A stretch of 63,887 bases of DNA, filler included, from Octopus bimaculoides (GCF_001194135.2; 12 parts of 10 records of this genome joined end to end with filler, not necessarily neighbours in it); one strand, 5' to 3'. Positions 10,274 through 22,704 are shown, numbered from the whole stretch's first letter. Made by a program: numbers and translations. The notes: a model not told the origin generated them from the letters alone.

Positions 10274-11911
10274 ATGAAAGTTCCATCTGGGCAGCAAGTC
10301 AACCGGCAAACCACCCGAATTGTACGGGTTGGTCCCAAAAACATATTCCGTGCGAATATAACAACAACAGAGGTTAAGTATGTAAATGCTAGCAATGTGT
10401 TTCCCAGGGTCAGTCCATACCAGACTCCAACCATCTCTACTGCAGCTCTGTCAAAGTCACCATATAACAGTTATCTCAGAAATAACTCCCACCCATTGCC
10501 ATTGCTACCAAAGTTGAATGAAAGCTCTTTGGAAACAATCAAAATGCAGATTGCAGCAAGTAAAACAACTACAACAACAACAACAACAACACCAACACCA
10601 ACATCAACACCAGCACCATTAACAGCAGCAACAGAAACTATGATGACAGCAGTTATGTCAGGAGAATGTGTGACAGCTGTGAATGATACAATCGAAGACA
10701 GTGTTAGGTTGAAACAATCAATGACCTCATACAGTGTAAATGGTAACAGTAGACATGACATTGCAATATGTAGCAGTGTCACTCCAGCTGCAAAAACTGA
10801 CAATTTGAACTGTGAAGACAATGATGATAATGTTACTTCCAGTGAGAGTTTATCCTTGAATCCAGACCCAAATGATAGCGGCACAGTTAGTGAATCAAAA
10901 TCACTGATGGATGCACAATTGGCCAATATTGGGGAAAATTACATGGAAGAGACAAAGACACCCCTCTTTGATCCAAAAGAACAAGAGAAGCGGAATAGAC
11001 GTAAGTTCTATTGGTATGGCAGTCACAAATTGATTAAACCGATAAAAGACATTCCTCTGAGATTTCAACTAATGCTCGCAGAAACCAATGCAGAAAAAGC
11101 TCGGTGTGAAGGTCGGCCTATTATTCTTCGCCAGCAGATGGATCTTGCTGAACAGTTTATGACTCCTGGAAACACTTTTGGTCCAGATACGCCTTGCTTT
11201 TTGCCAGGCTTTAATTATGACCAGCCTCGGGTTTGTTCAACCAATGGCTTTGTTGAGAAAAAAGACAAATCTGGTTTGACAGTTAATTCTACTTCCAGTA
11301 AAGGGTCTGCTGCTGCTGTGACAAGCACTTCTAGTGATTTAATGACTAATGCTAGTGGGCTAATGACATCGCTGTCTCCCATTACTCAACCACATCCAGC
11401 TATGTATACACTGCATATGTACAATCCTGGCTGCAATCTGGAAGGTTCAACTTCACCAGCAGGTAGTACAACTGCAAGTGCATCTACTGCAAATGCATCT
11501 ACTGTTACCAGTGCCACAGGGGCTCATACCAACCCCACCAGCTCTTCTAGTAGCGCCTGCTGTGTGCGCTTGCCAAACCCCAATGTTCCTGGATACTTAA
11601 CAAGAATGTCAACCCATAGCTTTCCACAAGCTCCAATCTACTTCTCTCCACCAACTGTTTCAGCTTCAACGAATGCACCTTCATCTGCTCCATATATGAC
11701 ACCACAACCAAACTTTACCCCAGGCTACCCACAAACCACAGCTTTACCCCACACTTTCATACCAGGCTCTTCATCTCTTGGGAACACTACTTTTGGTCTA
11801 GGGACAATTAATGCCTCAACTACAGGACAAGCTCTTTCCTATCCTCAGTACACACCTTGCATTAGTTACACACAAAATAACCAATACACTGTTACAGCAG
11901 TCCCACAGTAA
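10274..11911 (+). CDS. Uncharacterised 545-aa Ser/Thr/Pro-rich protein with one conserved-looking central island; CDS uninterrupted
   Basis: 1638-nt stop-free frame in AT-rich DNA; splice acceptor 22 nt upstream; in-frame TGA directly before the ATG; island KRNRRKFYWYGSHKLIKPIKDIPLRFQLMLAETNAEKARCEGRPIIL. Confidence 0.75.
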   Translation: MKVPSGQQVNRQTTRIVRVGPKNIFRANITTTEVKYVNASNVFPRVSPYQTPTISTAALSKSPYNSYLRNNSHPLPLLPKLNESSLETIKMQIAASKTTTTTTTTTPTPTSTPAPLTAATETMMTAVMSGECVTAVNDTIEDSVRLKQSMTSYSVNGNSRHDIAICSSVTPAAKTDNLNCEDNDDNVTSSESLSLNPDPNDSGTVSESKSLMDAQLANIGENYMEETKTPLFDPKEQEKRNRRKFYWYGSHKLIKPIKDIPLRFQLMLAETNAEKARCEGRPIILRQQMDLAEQFMTPGNTFGPDTPCFLPGFNYDQPRVCSTNGFVEKKDKSGLTVNSTSSKGSAAAVTSTSSDLMTNASGLMTSLSPITQPHPAMYTLHMYNPGCNLEGSTSPAGSTTASASTANASTVTSATGAHTNPTSSSSSACCVRLPNPNVPGYLTRMSTHSFPQAPIYFSPPTVSASTNAPSSAPYMTPQPNFTPGYPQTTALPHTFIPGSSSLGNTTFGLGTINASTTGQALSYPQYTPCISYTQNNQYTVTAVPQ

Positions 11912-12817
11912 AAAGATTGTTACATCAGCTCTGCAGCAAATCAAGCGTTTCTTATCACAGCTATTTCTCCTCATCTCTCTTCTCTTTGTTCTTTCTTCAC
12001 TTCTTTCTTCTCTTAGATGACACTGCAACACACATCATGACATAGGCCACAGATATAATACAACTCCATTATTTCTCTCAGAAAATGAACAAATCATTTA
12101 AAGAGCTTTAACCACTTCCTATCTTTAATCTAGACAGCTGAGGTCTCATTCAGCTTAGCCTTCATCCACATCTCTTGCTGGCATGTGAACAATCTGCTAG
12201 GTTCTCACTTCAAACTGGTGTTCTTCAAATAGCCAAATGTATCAAATACCAACTTGTGACTTTGACACTATATACCTGGTCAAGCTGCACCATTTGCCAC
12301 TTGAACTCAATCTCTAACATCTTGAGATATTTCTGAAACTTTCTGGAACTTTCTGGTGTCTCTCACTAATCCAAAGTAAGCTTTATCTTTCTTCTTATAA
12401 AACTTTTACCTCCATATTGAATGTATTCTCTACCAGGTGGAAGTTGTATATGAGTTAAGGATAAATTGGCATGGCATTGACAAAAAGTGAACTATTGACC
12501 TTAAAACCATTAAATTGACCAGCTGCTTGCACACACACACACACACACACACTCATTCATTCACACATGCTAGAACATACACAGCACACTCACTTGCTCA
12601 CAGACATATATTTATATATAAACATGTACACATATCAGTACATATATGCACACATAAATGTGTGTGCTTTCACATTTATATATATATATATATATATATN
12701 NNNNNNNNNNNNNNNNNNNNNNNNNNNNNNNNNNNNNNNNNNNNNNNNNNNNNNNNNNNNNNNNNNNNNNNNNNNNNNNNNNNNNNNNNNNNNNNNNNNN
12801 NNNNNNNNNNNNNNNTA

Positions 12818-12853
<36 letters not shown>

Positions 12854-12919
12854 TGTATGTATGTATGTATGTATGTATGTATGTATGTATGTATGTGTGT
12901 ATATTATCTGGAAAGTACA

Positions 12920-13835
12920 GTATTATACGTCCATCATGGCTGATCTTACAAACCAGTTTTGCACTAGGAATATAATCCAATTATATAACTTTACGCTCAT
13001 CAGAGTTAGTTCATTTGGAAAGGAATATGGTAACTGCTCTCTATGGGTGGAGGTGAATAGACACATTCGGTTTGCAGTTGCTGTGAAAATATGGTGAAAT
13101 GAAAATGAGTAGGGGATTAGCTTAGGAGTTATGTCCCTTGGTTGGATTCGCTATAAAACCGGTAAGAGTTATCTTGAAGTGTTTGTGGAAAATGTGTGCG
13201 TTATTTAGTGTCGTGCTCCTGTGGGGATGGGGTATGTCATATGTATAGTTTTTTCCATGGGTGTAGGTAAATATAATAATAATTGTGTTCGATAGTCTGT
13301 TTTCTTTCTGTATTGGCTAAGGTTGTGGGGCTTTATCTTAGTGTTTGGTGTGTAGGGGTACAATGTGTGTGTGTGTGGGGGGGTTTATATATGTGGGGGT
13401 ACAATATGTGTGTAGGGATATGTGTTGGGGATGGTGGAAGATGGTCCATTTGGTAGGTGTCTGCCTTGTTGGGGCGTGCGTGTATGTATGTGGGGCGTTG
13501 GTGTGTATATGTATGTATGTGGGTGCATTTGTGTATGCTCTCACCAAACTCTTTGCAATGCTCAAGGGTATTGGTGGATGGCTGAGGTTGGGGGAAAGGT
13601 GGTCGTAGTCATGGTGGGATGCGCAGGTATGATAAGATGTACTTCCTTTCATGTGGGCAAGGACTGAACACTTCATTTCTGCTATTCAGGTAAATATCCA
13701 GGCGCTGGGTACCCTTTAAAATTGCTCTCTTCTCAGCCAGGCACAACCTGCACTTCCTGCTGCTATTGAAGTACAGTTTACATTTCTCCAGGATCTTCCA
13801 CTTTATGTTCTATTCTGTGACGCTTTCTTTCAAAG
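12920..13835 (-). mobile_element. Penelope-like element: GIY-YIG C-terminus plus 3' pseudo-LTR region
   Basis: Minus-strand NIKWKILEKCKLYFNSSRKCRLCLAEKRAIL...LNSRNEVFSPCPHERKYIL (~13608-13810) resembles the PLE tail; CTGATGA near 13000 with a decayed partner (CAAAAC). Confidence 0.7.
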
Positions 13836-14324
13836 ACCAAATGTGTCTCTCTGGGATGCTATATATATATATATATATATGTGCACACACACCACACACA
13901 CGTAAGTACACACAAACACATTCACACATACTCACATGCACACACTCACACACACTATAGTGTGTGTGTGTGTGTCTGTGTTTATACAAACACACACATG
14001 TGCACATAAGAAACAGCTCTCCTTTTAGCCATAGTATATACTGTAGACAAAATCCGTTTAAGTCTGAAGAAATACACACTTGTATATTTGTCAATAGATA
14101 ACTGGATATTAGATAACAGGATAGTTAAGTCTTCAAATATGAACCCTGCCATATCTGAAGAGCACATGGTGTTAGTTAACTATCCTTTTATCAAATATCT
14201 GGTTATCTAATACACAGTGCAAAACTGATAGGTATGATTGGCTGAAATGGATCTATAACACTGTATATTTTGATGTGCATATGTATATGTATATATGTGT
14301 GTGTGTGTGTATGTATGTATGTGC

Positions 14325-14362
<38 letters not shown>

Positions 14363-14568
14363 NNNNNNNNNNNNNNNNNNNNNNNNNNNNNNNNNNNNNN
14401 NNNNNNNNNNNNNNNNNNNNNNNNNNNNNNNNNNNNNNNNNNNNNNNNNNNNNNNNNNNNNNNNNNNNNNNNNNNNNNNNNNNNNNNNNNNNNNNNNNNN
14501 NNNNNNNNNNNNNNNNNNNNNNNNNNNNNNNNNNNNNNNNNNNNNTATATATACATATACATATATAT

Positions 14569-14600
<32 letters not shown>

Positions 14601-14769
14601 ATATGTATATTGAAGTTTTTATCTTGCCACTAGAGTTTCATGTCATTGTGATGTTCAGGTACCTGAATATTGAGGTGGCCTGAAATTTGAGTGACAGGAT
14701 AAATATTTGCTTTAGTAAACTATATATGTGTATATTATAAATAAATGCATGCATGTATGCACTCTTACA

Positions 14770-16050
14770 GGATCTTTTCTGTTTGGCTGTACCTGTTGAA
14801 CTTTTAAAGTTTAGTGAAAATTTTAAAATATGGTGTATTGGTGTAATTTTTGATGCTGTATTTCAGGGGATAATTCTCTCTTTCTGGAATATTTAACAAA
14901 AAAGTTACAGATGTTTAAAGTTTGACCATTTTTAACCAATCAGAAAGCAGTATCTGGAAGTTGTCATTTGGTGCACGACTGCAACTGTAAACAAATGAAA
15001 TACTGGCGGAATTTTGCCTTATGCACGCCATTAATCCCTCATAACTTTTTTATCTTTAGGAATTTTCAGAAGATATTAGTGAATTTGTATTCTTTACATG
15101 GGAATTCATACAATTATGCAAAAATAAAAGAAGTTTTTTGGTGCATGATTTAAGGCCTATTTAACTATTACTTTTGCACATCTCATGAACACATCATACC
15201 TCATATTTTAAGCATTTAATAAAGAAAAATGACCATGTGAATTCACAGGACCACAACAGAGGGGTAAGCAGTTTGATAATAGCTTGGCTTGTTACTATGG
15301 AAGCAGTTGCCTATATGTCTGTGGCTCTCAATTGGCTAAAATGACCCCAAATTTGTAAACTTTAAAAGCCATTTACTTCTTATTTCATATCAATGATTAT
15401 CATGAAAAAGTACAGCATAACACCAAATATGAAATCAATTGGAACAAAAATGGAAGAAATTGAAAAGTGGCAGCCAAACAGAAAAGATCCCGGATCTTTT
15501 TTAAAATGGGGGCCACATTTTTCATTAACGAAACACTTTGAAACTTGGAACACTGGTAGAATGTGTCATATAAAACATCTTTTTCTCTTAGTCTTCTTAA
15601 AAAAAAAGAAATCCCTAAGTTATTCCATGTTAAAGTTGTCGTATTTCTGTAATTTCAACCAATCACTGACGTCCATTCAGCCGATATACATTAAGTGCCG
15701 ACTACATAAACAAACGATTCTGAAACAATTCTATCGGTGATAGGGTTAGGGTTAGGGTTAGGGTTAAGGTAAAACAGCAAATTTAAAAAGAAAAAAGCAA
15801 ATAAAACGAAGCTATGGCTTAATCAGCCAAAGGAGTAAATATAAACAACTGAATACTTGTCAGTGATTGGTCAAAATTATCGAAATAAGACAATTTTTTA
15901 CATGAAATAAATTCGAATACAAAAATATTTTTCTGTTCTATAACACAAAATAGATAAGTATACGAAGTTTGAAAGTCTTTCGGTACCAAAAACACTATGT
16001 AGAACATTAATGAAAAATGTGGCCCCCGTTTTAAAAAAGATCCAAGATCC
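14770..16050. mobile_element. Outer MITE with 20-bp TIR and 8-bp TSD CTCTTACA
   Basis: GGATCTTTTCTGTTTGGCTG (14770-14789) and CAGCCAAACAGAAAAGATCC (15471-15490); CTCTTACA at 14762-14769 and 16051-16058. Confidence 0.85.
15492..16043. mobile_element. Inner MITE with long TIRs, 8-bp TSD AAGATCCC and central (GGGTTA)n
   Basis: GGATCTTTTTTAAAATGGGGGCCACATTTTTCATTAA ... TTAATGAAAAATGTGGCCCCCGTTTTAAAAAAGATCC; AAGATCCC at 15484-15491 and 16044-16051; telomere-like repeat at 15741-15770. Confidence 0.85.
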
Positions 16051-16152
16051 CTCTTACATGTGAACATGCACACAAACACAAATATATATGTACACACACA
16101 CGCATGAATAGAACAAAACCTATCAGGTGATTTATACAAGGCCACTACTTAC

Positions 16153-16273
16153 CTCTGATTATAGCTGACCTCATCTCCCATGACATCTAAGCCAACATAA
16201 TGTGACATAAAATTACCCACATTAATCTGCCTTTGTAAATTATTTATTTAAACAATTACTTACATCTTTTTAT
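16153..16273 (-). other. Candidate pair of tiny exons (10 nt, 16273-16264; 34 nt, 16186-16153)
   Basis: TTTTACATTTTCCAG|ATAAAAAGAT|GTAAGTA, a 77-nt gap, then TTAG|ATGTCA...CAGAG|GTAAGT. Confidence 0.3.
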
Positions 16274-16545
16274 CTGGAAAATGTAAAATACATGGTTCTG
16301 TTCTGCAACTCTTTTTGGACAAATCTACACCGCATTGTCCTTGTTGACTGAGTCAATTTATACCTCTCTCTTGGAATGTATCTATTTGTATTCTGGTAAT
16401 GAAATATTAAAAATATACATGACAATATATCCAACTTTTGAGTTATTATTGGTAGAAATAGAAGATTTAGTAATACACAAGTTGTGCTGTTTATGCTTTA
16501 TGTGTGCATCATACATGTATGTATATGTGTGTGTGTACGTACATA

Positions 16546-16752
16546 TGAGGGGGTGCTGAAAAGCTCCTGGCTTTGAGTAAAAGTAAATACCAGAGGATCA
16601 GTTAATTATGATTTTATTCAATATATTCCCCTCTCAGATTCACATACTTATTGTAGGGGGTCCTTCAGTTTTTCTAAGACCTGTAAAAGAACTTGGAAGG
16701 TTGAGCCTCCAACCAGGCCTTTTGTGACACCCTTAAAGCCAAGAACTTTTCA

Positions 16753-16753
<1 letters not shown>
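16546..16753. mobile_element. Tc1/mariner-type MITE
   Basis: TA-(T)GAGGGGGTGCTGAAAAGCTCCTGGCTTT ... AAAGCCAAGAACTTTTCAG inverted ends; right end runs into (GT)n. Confidence 0.65.
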
Positions 16754-16802
<49 letters not shown>

Positions 16803-17233
16803 TTATACACACTTTATATGTGTCTACACACACACATACACATACACATATTGGCTGTGGACAAGTGTAACACCGAGCATTTTGAGAGGAAAAACCCAGC
16901 ATCCACATACTCCTTCCACAACACTAATATCAAGAAATCTTCTTGTGAATGTAACCTGGGCATTACTATCAGCAGCAATTTATGGATGTTAAATGATGAT
17001 GATGATGATGATTCCTGTACAGAGAGAAATGACAGTATGACATAATGAAGGCCATATTCAAAATAATCAGCTGAAGGAACACATTTTACACCTTTGATGG
17101 ATGAATGTGATTATGCAATATGTTAATTATATCATTTCACCAATGTGCTACAGGTGTAATGATGTATAGAAACAATTGTAGCATATGAAATAAAAAATGT
17201 TATACAATCCATTTTCTCTTATTCATCTCTCTT

Positions 17234-17277
<44 letters not shown>

Positions 17278-17829
17278 ATATATATATAGATAGATAGATA
17301 GATAGATATACATATTTCAATAATAATAAAAGGGCAAATTTAATTAATGAATTAATGAATGAATTAATTAATAATTAATAATTTTACCAAGTAGTTTGCT
17401 ATGTTAAAATAACCGTTTTAGGTAAAATTATACAAATATTCTATAATTATAGAATATTTGTATCATTAGATGATTATATATTCATCCCTATTCCCTTGTT
17501 CCTTTCCTACACTCATACAACATGACATTGTGCCACTGTTATCCTTAATCATTACAATTATAACTATTTTGCACACAATCAAATATTTTTATCCAATTAT
17601 TCAAAGTCCCATCATTTTATCATTTTTCAAGTTTTAAACTCTTTTGATTTTATTATAACTTAACCACACCATCTCTACATCTTGACACTATCAGTTACTC
17701 ATTTTCATAGCTTTATTTTTTCAGTCCTCTCTCTTTCTTTACTATTTCCCAGAAGCCTTCTTACAGTTCATTGCTTCTAACTTATTTTTAAACTACTTCT
17801 ACCACATTAACTTATTTTACTTCTTTTTC

Positions 17830-18235
17830 CTTCTGTACTATTACTCGTGTGGAGGTGCAATGGCCCAGTGGTTAGGGCAGCGGACTCGCGGTCATAGGAT
17901 TGTGGTTTCGATACCCAGACCGGGCATTGTGAGTGTTTATTGAACGAAAACACCTAAAAGCTCCACGAGGCTCCGGCAGGGGATGGTGGCAAACCCTGCT
18001 GTACTCTTCCACCACAACTTTCTCTCACTCTTACTTCCTGTTTCTGTTGTGCCTGTAATTCAAAGGGCCAGCCTTGTCACACTGTGTCACGCTGAATATC
18101 CCCGAGAACTACGTTAAGGGTACACGTGCCTGTGGAGTGCTCAGCCACTTGCACGTTAATTTCACGAGCAGGCTGTTCCGTTGATCGGATCAACTGGAAC
18201 CCTCGACATTGTAAGCGACGGAGTGCCAACAACAA
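17830..18235 (+). mobile_element. tRNA-derived SINE family A2, near full length (also ~32665-32990 +, 35325-35670 -)
   Basis: A box TGGCCCAGTGG, B box GGTTTCGATACCC, 3' part shared with A1, (AAC)n tail. Confidence 0.85.
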
Positions 18236-18784
18236 CAATTACTCGTATATCTCTATCTTAACTGCATTCTCAACTTCTCTTTCATTCAAATATTCTCCCA
18301 CATTTGATTTTTCTTATCTTAATGCTGCTGCTGCTGCCAGTGAAATGAACGTTATATGTGGAACCTGAAGATCCTCATAAAAAGAAAAAACAAAAATCCT
18401 CAGGTAAAGTGACTAGGTTCCACATTTTGATTCAATAGGGATATCCTTACTGATACCTGAATCCGTGTTGAAACAACAACAACAACAACAACAAGCACAC
18501 AAACACTACAACTTGGTTTTGTTCCAGCCACCAACCTCGCAATTGATCTTGTTATAACAAAAACTAAACTCTATACTAAACTTCACCCACTCAATATTGA
18601 TCTATTAACACATGGTGTTCAGTTATAGATTTCCATATATGTATCTTTACACACACATATATAAATACATTTATATATTTATGTGTATACACACACACAC
18701 ACACACAAACATATATACATGTTTGTGAGTGTGTACATACATATATACTTATATATACATATATACTTGTATATACATATATAC

Positions 18785-19340
18785 CGCCTGATTGGCCTTT
18801 GTAGGGTTTTCGAGCAAGATCGTTGCCAGTGCCCCTGGACTGGCTCTTGTGCAGGTGGCACATAAAAGACACCATTTCGAGCGTGGCCGTTTTCGTGCAG
18901 GTGACACGTAAAAGCACCCACTACATTCTGAGTGGTTGGCGTTAGGAAGGGCATCCAGCTGTAGAAACTCTGCCAAATCAGATTGGAGCCTGGTGTTGCC
19001 ATCCGGTTTCACCAGTCCTCAGTCAAATTGTCCAACCCATGCTAGCATGGAAGGCGGACGTTAAACGATGATGATGATGATGATGATATANNNNNNNNNN
19101 GTGCAGGTGGCACATAAAAGACACCATTTCGAGCGTGGCCGTTTTCGTGCAGGTGACACGTAAAAGCACCCACTACATTCTGAGTGGTTGGCGTTAGGAA
19201 GGGCATCCAGCTGTAGAAACTCTGCCAAATCAGATTGGAGCCTGGTGTTGCCATCCGGTTTCACCAGTCCTCAGTCAAATTGTCCAACCCATGCTAGCAT
19301 GGAAGGCGGACGTTAAACGATGATGATGATGATGATGATA
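18785..19340 (+). mobile_element. Family-B RTE 3'UTR repeat with (GAT)n tail (the second half repeats the first across a gap)
   Basis: AGCACCCACTACA...GGAAGGGCATCCAGCTGTAGAAAC...CCCATGCTAGCATGGAA..CGGACGTTAAACGATGATGAT. Confidence 0.8.
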
Positions 19341-20559
19341 TATACAGGTATCTCTATTTTTACATGTATGTATTTGTATATGTGTGTGTGCGTGCATGTG
19401 TATTATTCCTTAGTTTCAAAAATGGACATGACCATGTCACACACATAGAAATACATTGGAGGAATGGAGCCCCCACACTCTGCCACTTTAAAGCCAGGCT
19501 GAATAATCTCAGTTAATCATTTACAATCCAGGAAAGGCATAATGTTATAAATTTCTTTCTTTCTTTCTGTCTGTTTGTCTATCATTTTGGTTGGGTTGCC
19601 CAGATCAAAACCACTCTTTCTCTCTATGCATTCCAGTTTTCCATGATATTTTGCAGTCTTCTATTTGTAACTTGCTTGACATGATGAAAGAGTTGATCAA
19701 TGTACATCATTCTTAGTCACTCAACAAGAGAATTTCCATGGCTCAGGATCCATTGGAGCTCATTCACTAATTCATCTTTGCTTTGATAACAGTAGCAAGC
19801 ATATCTTGTCTTCCGTTCAAGAACTTTTGATGATAAATTGGGGATATTTTCACAAAGCTTTTGTTTTGTTGGATATTGTTTCTATGATTAATTGAGGATA
19901 GCATGCAGCATACATGTGTAGGTCCCATCAAGTTTGCTTTCTATCTTTTTGGTCAGAGACTAGGCTGGTCAACTGTAAAGAAGGACTGATTTTATTATGT
20001 CTTTGAAGAATTTCCTTTTCATTAGGTCAGGCAGTGTAGACTTCAAAATTATTCTTTATTTGTCCTGTGCATTCCATGCTTTTGTTATGCAGCTAGAAGC
20101 ATCTTTGGTGGATGAAATAGCACTCTGAAGATTAGTGAACCATTCGACTTTCTTCAGCAGTGTACCACTCAATGAATTGATCTGGCTGTTCTGATTAAAG
20201 CATTCAGTCTTCTCAGCATTCACAGTGAACGACTTTCCATGTATTAATGTACATGTATATGTTAAATATAATTGTATATACACACACATATATGTATATA
20301 GACACACATACAAACGTATATATATATATATATATATTTATATGTATGCACACAGACATGTATACACATACAAGCATGTGTAGACAATTCATCATCATCA
20401 TCATCATCCTAATTTTATATAGGAAAGTCAGGTATACATCTACTGATGTATAACCAACTTTCCTATACACACATACAAACGTATATATATATATATATTT
20501 ATATGTATGCACACAGACATGTATACACATACAAGCATGTATATACAATTCATCATCAT

Positions 20560-20990
20560 CGTTTAACGTCCGCTTTCCATGCTAGCATGGGTTGGACAAT
20601 TTGACTGAGGACTGGTGAAACCGGATGGCAACACCANNNNNNNNNNNNNNNNNNNNNNNNNNNNNNNNNNNNNNNNNNNNNNNNNNNNNNNNNNNNNNNN
20701 NNNNNNNNNNNNNNNNNNNNNNNNNNNNNNNNNNNNNNNNNNNNCGGCCACGCTTGAAATGGTGTCTTTTATGTGCCACTCGCACAAGAGCCAGTCCAGG
20801 GGCCCTGGCAACGATCTCACTTGGCTTGCCGGGTCTTCTCACGCACAGCACATTTCCAAAGGTCTCGGTCAGTAGTCATCGCCTCGGTGAGGCCCAATGT
20901 TCGAAGGTCTTGCCTCACCACCTCAGCGCAGGTCTTCCTGGGCCTACCTCTTCCATGCGCATGCGTAGTCTCACGCATGCGTGGAATTAA
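20560..20990 (-). mobile_element. RTE-clade LINE 3' end joined to the family-B 3'UTR
   Basis: Minus-strand GRGRPRKTCAEVVRQDLRTLGLTEAMTTDRDLWKCAVREKTRQAK* runs directly into family-B sequence and an (ATG)n tail. Confidence 0.75.
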
Positions 20991-21318
20991 ACAAGGAAGC
21001 TTTCCCGCTTAATTCTATCTCTTTCTTGCTGGCCAGCAATAGAGCATGGACGTGTCAAGCAGTGTCTCCAACACCCAACTCTGGAGACAGTCTCTTTACG
21101 TGTATAACTGTCACTCTCCATCTTTCGGACTTACACTCGACAGCTCGCTTACATCTACACAACGACGTCCCAACAACTATGCTCACACACACAGAAGCTG
21201 TAACAACAAGAGCTAAAGNNNNNNNNNNNNNNNNNNNNNNNNNNNNNNNNNNNNNNNNNNNNTTAATTAATTAANNNNNNNNNNNNNNNNNNNNNNNNNN
21301 NNNNNNNNNNNNNNNNNN

Positions 21319-21480
21319 TATTGGTGAGTAGCTGATCTTTACAACCATAAGATCCACGTTTACATCCCTTTTGCTCATTAGGGAATATGCTACTTTCTAT
21401 TAAAAAACTATAGGTGTACTCGGTTAGGACAGATGTTAGCGTCTTATACATTGTTGTTAAGCAGGTTATGGGGCGATAAT
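21319..21480 (-). mobile_element. R4/NeSL-type LINE RT fragment
   Basis: YRPITCLTTMYKTLTSVL...IFPNEQKGCKRGSYGCKDQLL. Confidence 0.75.
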
Positions 21481-21520
21481 TTTTTGGTTCGTTTGTTTCC
21501 TCATTTTTTGGAAGCAGGAA

Positions 21521-21527
<7 letters not shown>

Positions 21528-21594
<67 letters not shown>

Positions 21595-21845
21595 CTTACA
21601 TAATGAGTTGGCAAATATATGGATTATTTTCAAAGCAAAATTATCAGTGATTAATCTATCTACCTATCTCTCTTATGCATGCATGCATGTATGTATGTAT
21701 GTATGTATGTATGTTTGTAGGTAGGTAGGTAGATAGGTAGGTTGGTAGGTAGGTAGGTAGGTAGGTAAGTAGGTAGGTAGGTATGTAGGTAGGTAGGTAG
21801 GTAGGTAGGTATGTTCGTACGTATATATGTATATACGAATGTATG

Positions 21846-21900
<55 letters not shown>

Positions 21901-22314
21901 CTATGCGTGTTTGTCATTTAAGCATTAAGTATATCTACCTTTATATCTTTCTACTAATCTATTTTACTTCGATGTCTCAAGCATCCAACCACTCCAACTC
22001 CCTCTATATTTCTATCTCTCTCTCTTTCCATCTCACTTCCTCTCCCTCTACATGTACATATACGGATACACTCAAACTTGTGTGGGTATGTGTGTGTGTG
22101 TGTGTGTGTGTATTCATATGGAAGTGTATATGCATGCATGCGAACATGTATATACGTATATATTTATATAAATAGGTCTGCATATGTATATTGTATATAT
22201 TCTCCGTTTTATGCTCGTACGCATTTACATATTTAAATATATACATATGAAAAGGTTAATATTTATTTCCCGCTAAAAGTAGAGGAATTTATGTACACGT
22301 GTGCGCGTATGTGA

Positions 22315-22389
<75 letters not shown>

Positions 22390-22704
22390 TATTCACACAT
22401 ACACGCATACAGACACACATACACTCACAAATACAGACAGACATACATACATACATACATACATGCACAGATACGCACATTTATGTCTGTTTAATTTGTC
22501 TGTCGCGAATTATATTGTTCAGAATTAAATCAACAAACATAACATAACAAACATAACATAAGTGCAGAAACTGCAGCATACAAGTGCACACAAACATGTT
22601 TTTATACATATATTTAAACACTTACAAACACACGCACACACTCACACACACACATTCACACACACACATATATACAAACACTCATATGTGTGTGCATGTG
22701 TGTA

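Noticed and set aside
10471-10926. 151-aa minus-strand hydrophobic ORF
   Set aside because: Antisense shadow of the Thr-rich 545-aa ORF (ACA repeats read as Val).
17837-17915. tRNA-gene-like A/B boxes here and in other repeats
   Set aside because: They run into SINE bodies repeated many times and give no clean cloverleaf; SINE heads, not tRNA genes.
18849-19342. Identical ~240-bp tandem duplication
   Set aside because: The copies sit either side of a 10-N gap; most likely unmerged contig overlap.
20303-20560. About 100-bp local duplication next to an RTE tail
   Set aside because: Made largely of simple repeats; ordinary slippage is a sufficient explanation.
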